This document shows positions 53,630 through 64,000 of a stretch of DNA of 64,000 bases, in pieces. Location: the NCBI GenBank assembly GCA_964016885.1, contig OZ024764.1, positions 7,936,001 through 8,000,000 on the forward strand, in the 5' to 3' direction. Numbering within the stretch: the stretch's first letter is position 1; each line of letters begins with the position of its first letter. The translations under genes and the position numbers were made by a program. Source of the DNA: Eledone cirrhosa. Lineage: Eukaryota. Under the pieces are notes generated by a model. That model was not told the DNA's origin and did not search any database. It was given only the letters and a program-made list of their open reading frames with translations.

Positions 53630-54535
53630 TGTTTTGTCATTAAACTTCCCTATGGTCATAAACTTTGGGTAATGACCGAAAGAATATGATCGTGAATACA
53701 AGTGGCCAAAGTGGGGTTTCTCCAAAGAGTCTTTGGAGTAACGTTACCCAATAAAGTGTGTAGCTCGGAGGGTCACTCCAGGTAGAGTCACTACTTCTCT
53801 AAATTGAGAGATCACAGCTCTGATACTACAGACATGTGGTTAGAATGTCTCAGGAAAGAATCTCTGAATTGAGAGATCACAGCTCTGATACTACAGACAT
53901 GTGGTTAGAATGTCTCAGGAAAGAATCTCTGAATTGAGAGATCACAGCTCTGATACTACAGACATGTGGTTAGAATGTCTCAGGAAAGAGTCTCTGAATT
54001 GAGAGATCACAGCTCTGATACTACAGACATGTGGTTAGAATGTCTCAGGAAAGAATCTCTGAATTGAGAGATCACAGCTCTGATACTACAGACATGTGGT
54101 TAGAATGTCTCAGGAAAGAATCTCTGAATTGAGAGATCACAGCTCTGATACTACAGAAATGTGGTTAGAATGTCTCAGGAAAGAATCTCTGAATTGAGAG
54201 ATCACAGCTCTGATACTACAGACATGTGGTTAGAATGTCTCAGGAAAGAACCTCTGAATTGAGAGACCACAGCTCTGATACTACAGACATGTGGTTAGAA
54301 TATCTCAGGAAAGAATCTCTGGACAGAATTTACGGGCAAAACCAACAGGTATGAGACCCCGGAGTAGACACCGAGCAAGATGGTTGGATAACATCCTTGA
54401 GCTTTGGCTGGTCACAATTGGGGATCCAGCCGGATCAGTTGGAGACAGTTGCTTCTGGCAGGGCCCATTGGAGGGAGTGTTTGAGGACTCTGCCCTCACA
54501 ACCTGCTCAGGAATACATGGTCAAAGAAAAGAAGA
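53630..54535 (+). mobile_element. RTE-like LINE 3' fragment with an internal 65-bp tandem array (about 8 units, 53803-54321)
   Basis: Unit gagagatcacagctctgatactacagacatgtggttagaatgtctcaggaaagaatctctgaatt resumes into AKPTGMRPRSRHRARWLDNI. The same junction occurs at 2630-2718. Confidence 0.78.
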
Positions 54536-54904
54536 TGTCATTAGACTTTGACCATGATGGTTTAAGAGAAATTTGAGGTGGTTTGTTGGAGGGCAGAGTG
54601 CATTAGTAGAGACATGTGATGCATATGGATGATGATAGACGGGTGAAGAAGTGCCAGGAAACCCCAGTGGTAGGAAGTTGCAGTAGAGGTAGACCAGGGG
54701 CGTGCAATAGGAAGCCTGCCAGACCAGTCAGAGTGGCCCGCGATGACTGTTTTCAATTTTTACCTTGTAGGCTTATTTAGAATTTTTTTTCGTAACCGTA
54801 ATACTTCTGTTAGTTGACCTTTACTAAAGGGCTTAACTGATAGGGTTATGTGTTAATTTCCCAGTTCCATGTTATGGAAAGAAGTTGTGGTGAATCTTTG
54901 GAAT

Positions 54905-55470
54905 ATCATCATCATCATCATCATCATCATACGTCCGCTTTTACCTGCTTGCAAGGGTGGGACGGGTCTTATTTAGCACAGTATCTCTCCACTTGTCACG
55001 GTCCTTCGTCATCTCCATCGTGAGCTTCAGCGATCTGAGGTCTTTTCTCACCACCTCAGCCCATGTCTTTCGTGGTCTACCTCTACCACGTCTTCCTTCA
55101 ACTGGCATTTCCTGGCACTTCTTCACCCATCGGTCATCCTCCATGCGCATCACATGTCCATACCACCTCAGTCTCCTCTCCCGCACACTACATTCTATCC
55201 CTCTCAGACACAGTTTCTCTCTCAACACATCCATGCTGGGTCGTTCACGCACATTGACATTGCACATCCAACGGAGCATGCTTGCATCATTTCTCTCCAG
55301 CCGTCGCATAGCCTCTGCAGTTGCTGCCCATGTCTCACTACCATGCAGCATCGCGCTCCTCACACAGGCATCATATAACCGGCCTTTCGTACGCAGGGAG
55401 AAACCCTTCTTCGTCAGCAAAGGCAGCAACTCCCTAAACTTCTTCCAACCTGTCCTTATTCTAGATAGTG
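54905..55470 (-). mobile_element. RTE LINE 3' fragment without array (reference state)
   Basis: KGRLYDACVRSAMLHGSETW..MLRWMC..RRLRWYGHV..GRPRKTW. Confidence 0.9.
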
Positions 55471-56042
55471 CTTAATAAATATTACTGGCCCTAATAGTTG
55501 TTCTGATAGGGTTATGTGTGTTATAATTTCCCAGTTCCATATTATGGAAAGAAGTTGTGGTGAATCTTTGGAATAGTGCTTAATAAATATTAATGGCCCT
55601 AATAGTTGTTCCAATGTTCAAAAGTGGCCCACCAGTGGAATATGTTGCACACCCCTGAGGTAGACCAAGCAAGACCTGGGCAGGGGTTGTGATAGCTGAG
55701 CTCAAATATTTAAAATTCACAGAGGCACACAATAAGTGGAGAAATGCTGTGTTGGAAAAGACTTGCCCAACCCATGCAAGCATCTGCTTTATTCAGGCCT
55801 GGGGAGGTGTGGGCTCTGCCAAGCTTAAGATGACCAAGAAACTCTATATGCCATTATGGCGTCAGGAGTCACATGGCGATAACATATCTCACCATGACTC
55901 CCTTATTAGTTACCGGATTTATACTACACCACACACACACACACAGACATATATGTGTGTGTGTGTGTGTCAAGGTCACATTGATGATGTGGTCCAGCTG
56001 TTGATATATCAATTATTTTTACCTCCTGGGATTACTCTTAAT

Positions 56043-56495
56043 TACACCACACCACAACACAACACGCTACACCACACCACACTACATTACACTACACCAC
56101 ACCACACCACACTACACTACACCACAACACACTACACCACACTACATTACACAACACCACACTACATTACACTCACCACACCACACTACACCACACCACA
56201 CTACATTACACTACACCACACCACACTACTCCACATGACACTACATTACACCACACCACACTACACCACACTACATTACACTACACCACACCACACTACA
56301 CCACAACACACTACACCACACGACACTACATTACACCATACCACACCACACTACACTACACCACACCACACTACACTACACCACACCACACTACATTACA
56401 CTACACCACACCACACTACACCACAACACACTACACGACACTACATTACACCACACTAGACCACGCCACGCCACGCCACGCCACGCCACGACACG
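56043..56495. repeat. Pentanucleotide (CACAC/CTACA) microsatellite
   Basis: Direct reading. Confidence 0.93.
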
Positions 56496-56586
56496 ACCTC
56501 CTCCTCTTATCATACTCTGTATTTGAACTCCGGCAATCCTTGTACCAGTTGGTGTCACAAGATTTCAGAGAAAGATAGAGAGAGAG

Positions 56587-58572
56587 GAAGGCAGTGCCCC
56601 AGCATGGCCACAGTCTAATGACTGAAACCAGTAAAAGAAGGCAGTGCCCCAGCATGGCCACAGTCTAATGACTGAAACCAGTAAAAGTAGGCAGTGCCCC
56701 AGCATGGCCACAGTCTAATGACTGAAGGCAGTAAAAGAAGGCAGTGCCCCAGCATAGCCACAGTCTAATGACTGAAACCAGTAAAAGAAGGCAGTGCCCC
56801 AGCATGGCCACAGTCTAATGACTGAAACCAGTAAAAGAAGGCAGTGCCCCAGCATGGTCACAGTCTAATGACTGAAACCAGTAAAAGAAGGCAATGCCCC
56901 AGCATGGCCACAGTCTAATGACTGAAACCAGTAAAAGAAGGCAGTGCCCCAGCATGGTCACAGTCTAATGACCAAAACCAGTAAAAGAAGGCAGTGCCCC
57001 AGCATGGTCACAGTCTAATGACCAAAACCAGTAAAAGAAGGCAGTGCCCCAGCATGGCCACAGTCTAATGACCAAAACCAGTAAAAGAAGGCAGTGCCCC
57101 AGCATGGTCACAGTCTAATGACTGAAACCAGTAAAAGAAGGCAGTGCCCCAGCATGGCCACAGTCTAATGACTGAAACCAGTAAAAGAAGGCAGTGCCCC
57201 AGCATGGCCACAGTCTAATGACTGAAACCAGTAAAAGAAGGCAGTGCCCCAGCATGGCCACAGTCTAATGACTGAAGGCAGTAAAAGAAGGCAGTGCCCC
57301 AGCATGGCCACAGTCTAATGACTGAAGGCAGTAAAAGAAGGCAGTGCCCCAGCATAGCCACAGTCTAATGACTGAAACCAGTAAAAGAAGGCAGTGCCCC
57401 AGCATGGCCACAGTCTAATGACTGAAACCAGTAAAAGAAGGCAGTGCCCCAGCATGGTCACAGTCTAATGACTGAAACCAGTAAAAGAAGGCAGTGCCCC
57501 AGTATGGCCACAGTCTAATGACTGAAACCAGTAAAAGAAGGCAGTGCCCCAGCATGGTCACAGTCTAATGACTGAAACCAGTAAAAGAAGGCAATGCCCC
57601 AGCATGGCCACAGTCTAATGACTGAAACCAGTAAAAGTAGGCAGTGCCCCAGCATGGTCACAGTCTAATGACCAAAACCAGTACAAGTAGGCAGTGCCCC
57701 AGCATGGCCACAGTCTAATGACTGAAACCAGTAAAAGAAGGCAGTGCCCCAGCATGGCCACAGTCTAATGACTGAAACCAGTAAAAGAAGGCAGTGCCCC
57801 AGCATGGCCACAGTCTAATGACTGAAACCAGTAAAAGAAGGCAGTGCCCCAGCATGGCCACAGTCTAATGACTGAAACCAGTAAAAGGCAGTGCCCCAGT
57901 ATGGCCACAGTCTAATGACTGAAACCAGTAAAAGAAGGCAGTGCCCCAGCATGGCCACAGTCTAATGACTGAAGGGAGTGCCCCAGCATGGCCACAGTCT
58001 AATGACTGAAGGAAGTGCCCCAGCATGGCCACAGTCTAATGACTGAAGGGAGTGCCCCAGCATGGCCACTATCGAATGACAGAAACCAGTGCCCCAGTAT
58101 GGTCACAGTCTAATGACTGAAGGGCGTGCCCCAGCATGGCCACTATCGAATGACTGAAACCAGTGCCCCAGCGTGGCCACAGTCTAATGACTGAAGGGAG
58201 TGCCCCAGCATGGCCACTATCGAATGACTGAAACCAGTGCCCCAGCATGGTCACAGTCTAATGACTGAAGGGAGTGCCCCAGCATGGCCACTATCGAATG
58301 ACTGAAACCAGTGCCCCAGCGTGGCCACAGTCTAATGACTGAAGGGAGTGCCCCAGCATGGCCACTATCGAATGACTGAAACCAGTGCCCCAGCGTGGCC
58401 ACAGTCTAATGACTGAAGGGAGTGCCCCAGCATGGCCACTATCGAATGACTGAAACCAGTGCCCCAGTATGGCCAGAGTCTAATGACTGAAGGGAGTGCC
58501 CCAGCATGGCCACTATCAAATGACTGAAACCAGTGCCCCAGCATGGCCAGATTCTAATGTTTGAAGCCAGTA
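56587..58572 (+). repeat. 50-bp minisatellite that switches to an alternating 37+37-bp dimer
   Basis: ggcagtgccccagcatggccacagtctaatgactgaaaccagtaaaagaa repeated about 27 times to about 57950, then shorter alternating units. Confidence 0.92.
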
Positions 58573-58902
58573 AGAATATAAAAAAATAAATAAACGTGTC
58601 ATTTGGCTGCTATTTCTAGCACGTTAAGCTGACCACCTAAGAGGTCCGGGCGCCGCTCTTATGTTACATAACTGTACTTAGTCCGTTACGATCCAGCTAG
58701 ACGTTCCAGCCGTGACCATTCTGTTTATTACAATATACTTTCTCTCTTTCTGGACATTATATAACGTGTCCTTTGAATTTCCTACATCGTGGTGGTGGTG
58801 GTGGTGGTGGTGGTGGTTTGAAGGGTATCGTTATCGTGGCTGCTGTTTCTAGCAGACATAGCGACCACTTAGAGTCACGCAGGTTGTTTACTAGAGAGAG
58901 GG

Positions 58903-58950
<48 letters not shown>

Positions 58951-59217
58951 AAATAGCCGTCGAAACGGCTTGACCTCTGCCGTCGGGGTTAAACATTTTC
59001 CTATTACCCACTCTACTACCCTATGTATTGAGTACTCTGGTGCGTTATGGTCCACCTGGTATCTTACCACACTTCCTTCGTTATATATATATATATATAT
59101 GAAACGATCATTAATTAAATGTTATAAAGTGTATATATATATATAAATATATACACTTTATAAATAACAATCAAAGAGTTTAATAACATTTTATTACTAA
59201 CGATCATATATAAGCAA

Positions 59218-60480
59218 TGAGTTATTTAATTTGTTGATTATTCAACAAATTTAGTTTATAACAGGTTAGAAGCACTCAACAAGTTTCTTCTGGAGTATAA
59301 TATCAATAATATTAATAAATGGAAACTATCTTTATAAAACCATATTTATTTTATTATATACTAGCAGTGGTACCCGGCGTTGCACGGGATAAGGTATTTT
59401 GGAACGCGTGCCGCCCACAGAGCTAATCGTGGAAAAACTGCATGCCTGGACAATATGTAAAGAAAATAAACCGAATACTCTGATGGCTGGATAATCTTTA
59501 ACATTTCTCTCGATGAAGCAGGAAAAATGCAGGTTTTCACCTAATGCGCGCCCTAGGGGATCAAGAAAATGAATTTTTTTTATGTGCTTAATATGCCTTT
59601 AAATTTCGGGAAAATCGGCTAATCGTAACGCCTCAAAAAAGCCCTACGAAGCTGAAAAAATGAAGTTTTTCCCCTAATGCGGGCAGTAGGCCATAAGAAA
59701 GTTGGATTTTCTTTGCTCACGGCATGAAGAAGAGACTGACTAATACATAGTTACAATTTCAAGGAAATCGGTCTGACGTAACGTCTCAAAAAACTCCTAA
59801 AAATCTAAAAAAAACGCAGTTTTTCACCTAAGAGATAAAAAAAAAGTTCAATTTTTTTATGTGCAAAACACTCCCTGAAACAAGTAATACACATGTAAAG
59901 TTTGAAAAAAATCGGTTGGGTACTTCGAGTTTTAGGGATTCAAACTCACAGACACACACAGGCAGACATCCTCATGGAAGTGACGTAATACAGACAGATA
60001 TTATAAGGGCGCGGCGTTACATGTATGCATCTATCTAAAAAGAGAAAGACTAAGAATTATAGAGCGAGATCGCTAAATCGCCTAATGCGGTCCCTAGGGC
60101 ATTAAAATTTGCTCAGAACACTCCCTGAAACATAAGTATTACATGTGTAAAGTTTGAAAACAGTCGGTTGGGTGGTTCTCGAGTTTTAGGGATTCGAACT
60201 CACACACACACAGACAGACATCCTCAGTTTTATATATATAGATATTTCAAGGATACCAACATTTTGGTACGCCCTCATCAGATAAAATACGAAAGTTGGT
60301 TTACAGATAGTGATATATTCAGACAAGAACTCACAACATTGAGTTCTTGTCTGAATATGTCACTATCTGTAAACCAACTTTTGTATTTTTATCTGATGAG
60401 GGCGTACCAAAATTTTGGTACCCTTGAAATATATATAAAATAAATATGGTTTTATAAAGATAGTTTCCATTTATTAATAT
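59218..60480. mobile_element. Fold-back hammerhead-bearing PLE pseudo-LTR, interrupted by a Helitron
   Basis: 59298-59360 joined to 60243-60323 is the inverse of 60330-60480. CTGATGA..GAAA cores at 60393-60429 (+) and mirrored on minus. A further copy lies at 60667-60727. Confidence 0.78.
59361..60242 (-). mobile_element. Non-autonomous Helitron
   Basis: Minus strand starts TCTATATATATAAAA and ends cccg-tgcaacgc-cggg hairpin + 8 nt + CTAG. Inserted between A and T without a target-site duplication, and the flanks rejoin seamlessly. Confidence 0.85.
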
Positions 60481-60511
<31 letters not shown>

Positions 60512-60970
60512 CTGTGTAGAAGTTATCTTTAATTTGTTGGAATTCCGACAAATATAAATGTTTATAACTGATATAGAGCACTCAACAATTTACTGGAGTA
60601 ATTTTCTGACCGTTAATGTGTGATTCCCATGGGTATGTCATCATTATTTATAAAACAAACTTTGTATTTTATCTGATGAAAGCGCACCAAGATTGTCTTG
60701 ATCGCCCTTGAAATATATATAATAAAATAAATATGGTTTTGTAAATATAGTTTCCATTTATTAATATCTTGGTATATAGATATATATAGTAGTTATTTAA
60801 TAAACAACACAAGGTAATTATTCCATTTACAAAAGGTTTCACGAAGAAAGTCTTCGTGAAACCTTTGGTAAATGAAATAATTATCTTCTGTTGTTTATTA
60901 CATAACTAAAAAGCTCTGTAGACTACATAGAGCACTCTTTTTTTCCTTTACCTTTCCTACGGAAACACTT

Positions 60971-61400
<430 letters not shown>

Positions 61401-61453
61401 AGTTTATAAGTTTGTAACTAGTAAGACCGTTATTCAGCAGAGTACTCGATATA

Positions 61454-61491
<38 letters not shown>

Positions 61492-61659
61492 CGGAGAGGA
61501 AAAGAGTCAGGACCCCGACGGCTGAGCTCTGGCCGTTTCGACAGCCGGATCTCAGCCGTCGGGGTCCCAATTCTTTTCCTATTACCCACTCTATTACCCT
61601 AAGTATTGAGTACTCTGGTGCGTTATGGTCCACCTGGTTCCTTACCACACTTCCTTCGT

Positions 61660-61706
<47 letters not shown>

Positions 61707-62218
61707 TGGATAGGTATGTAGATAGGTAGATAGATAGATATATATAGATAGATAGACAAACAGCCAGACATACAGATGATGAAGACGATATGTAGAAAAT
61801 AAAGACAATAGCTCTACATACCTCTTTGTGTTCTGTCTGCCTTTGTATGTCCGTTCCGCCAAAGTTAGGTGAATGTAGAGTTTGTTTACAACACCACAAG
61901 TGCTCCTCCACCATCCACTTACAACAGTAGCAGCAGCAAACTCCGTTAGCCTCGCCCCTTCTTATATATATATCTCTCTCTTTTGTCTGAGTGTATTAGA
62001 TACATTTTGAATGCCTTTCTTACAGAGATATAGAAATAGCGCTAGATCAGGGCGTAATGTTATAGAGACGGAGAGACAGACACATTGAGTGTGGCAACAA
62101 CTGCTTTCTCTTGCAGCTTACTCCAGGCAATACTGTAACCCAGTGGTGCCGAAACTTTTCCAAATTTTTTTGTCGGCGATCCCCTTACCATTTTTTGGAT
62201 GCCTCGCGGCCCCCTATC

Positions 62219-62374
62219 CAGAGTGGGATTTACGTATAAGCTAAACAAGCTATAGCTTAGGGCCCCCACTCAAAAAACAGCGACAATTTGTCGCTGACAT
62301 AGGACATCTGGACATATAAAGGGCCCCATTATCTCAAATAGCTTAGAGCCTCATCAAATCTAAATCCGGCCCTG
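62219..62374. mobile_element. hAT MITE nested in another probable hAT remnant (starting about 62141)
   Basis: 8-bp target-site duplication cccctatc at 62211-62218 and 62375-62382. TIRs cagagtgggattt / aaatccggccctg match at 10 of 13 positions. Confidence 0.8.
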
Positions 62375-63122
62375 CCCCTATCTATTATCTTGAACTTCCC
62401 CGCGTGAAATAATAATTATTTTTTTTATGTAATTAAGTAAGAAAGATATTGATTAGATTTTAAATTATTTAATTTATTTTGATTTTTGTTAAATTTAATG
62501 AATAATATCGTTGTTTTGATTTTCATAATTATTTGTTAGCATGGTTGGTCATCCGCGTGCTTGTACGTTTATTTGTGAAAACGTTGTACCAGCCTTACAG
62601 CTGTGAGAAGTACAGATATCCTTATCCCTATCTATACGAGATACCAATGTGACAATGATGGTACTTGTGGACCAACGAGATGCAGCGACCCTTTTTACCC
62701 ATCATTGCCCAGTACGTTCGTCCAGGTACTCGCATTTTAACCGATATCTGACAGTCATACAATGCACTCCCGCAACATGCAGTTGTAAACCATCATTACA
62801 ACTTTATGAACCCAACGGCCCCACAATCCACACAAACCGTGTGGAAGGCAGCTGTATAATAGACACTTTGGAATATTATAATTTATGTTTCTTATTTACT
62901 TTTCTTAAAATTATTTTTTTAAAAACGAAAAAATAATTTAATGCGGTGAAGTTCAAGATAACCCCCTATCATATTAAGGCAGCATTTCCAACATTTTTCA
63001 AAGACAAACTTTTATGAAATGCATGACAATTCTACTACGATCAAAATGTCCAAAACTGCTATCGTGTTCAATGTTTTCTAAAGAGGTTTTGCTAATAAAA
63101 GATATATAATATTTATACATAG

Positions 63123-64000
63123 TTTTTTTTTGTTTTTTTTCGAAACACTTTAGTCTTTATTGTGTTGTATCAGATGAAAGAATGGTATTTAACTAATGTA
63201 TTGGTACGCGATGGGGCCCACCCACAGCCCCGGCGGACAGAATGGAGAAGGCGTTTCCCCGGAGGACGCGCTGGAAAAGCCACTCTAACTCGCGGGGCTC
63301 ACACCTGCGGCTGGCCAGCTCAGCGCCTATGGTAGTGAGCAAGGAGGTAGCCCTGGGGCTGAGGACACCAGAAGTCTCCACTGCCAGGGGAACGACCGCA
63401 AACCTGCCGGAGAGCGACCGGTATTTGAGGAGTTTGGCCCCCTCAGCCCGACGTGCAGCAGAACCTGGGTCAGTCGCAGACTGCAGAAAGTGTTGGTGCA
63501 AGTGGCATCCCAGACGAGGGGTTTGCCACCGTGGAACAGGAAGATAGTCATGCCATCTGGCCTTTTGCCATCCCCTCGATCCAGCCCCACCGGCTCGAGC
63601 TGGGAAGGGAAGCCTGCAGCGTCCAAGCCATGCTTAATGACCCCGTTGAGGGCAGCATGGCGCGGAATGTGGCCGGCACTGTGGCGACAGGAAAGCGGGT
63701 GGAGGCCGAAAGAGTCCACGGTGGAACCGCAGCGACATTGGTGTGGCTGGCAGATCCGGAGGCCGAGCCTCAGGGAAACGGCGATTCGCAGTCTATGGTT
63801 GTCTAGCTGCGGGTCAGTGGAGAAGGAGGGCAGGGTATGGAGCCAGGCACCACTGTGGGGTTTGGAGGCCGCACGAAAACAAGCAAGGCGGTGCTGGCGC
63901 GTTAGCCTGTCTGAGGCCAGGCTGCACTGGATGGCATCCCAAGTGCGTTGGGGGGGGGGGGGGGGGGCTTGACATCAACAGGGGGAGGAGGAGGGGCGTC
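63123..64000 (-). mobile_element. CRE-like non-LTR retrotransposon 3' end (zinc knuckle plus restriction-like endonuclease), frameshifted
   Basis: SGAWL..LRLG..CRCGSTVDSFGLHPLSC..RHAALN..KRPDG..WDAT, then after a frameshift AEGAKLLKY..PLAVETSG..RGNA. AATAAA at 63156-63161 and an A-rich tail at 63123-63140. Confidence 0.85.

Overview
This is eukaryotic, AT-rich, repeat-saturated animal genomic DNA; the SINE/LINE repertoire suggests an octopus-like cephalopod (inference only). Two host protein-coding loci are supportable. (1) A plus-strand three-exon gene (about 10251-13590, 17428-17591, 19435-22128) with matching splice phases encodes a very low-complexity protein with a Cys/His-rich folded module split across exons 1-2. 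(2) A minus-strand STEAP-family metalloreductase has 496 codons in one exon (49767-51257). The rest is mobile DNA: a Penelope-like RT, a CRE-like RLE retrotransposon end, RTE and CR1-like LINE fragments, tRNA-SINEs, a Helitron, hAT and TTAA/piggyBac-like MITEs, and micro/minisatellites. The most striking unannotated signal is a population of at least six sequence-distinct hammerhead-ribozyme-bearing short elements inserted in (TA)n tracts. They are often fold-back palindromes centred on the ribozyme and most share a TGAGTRCT motif near their 3' end. One carries a compensatory U3-A8 catalytic core and one lies sense-oriented just behind the STEAP stop. A second theme is satellite birth inside mobile elements. 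Most ORF-track entries are repeat artefacts. Everything was read by eye and no searches were run.
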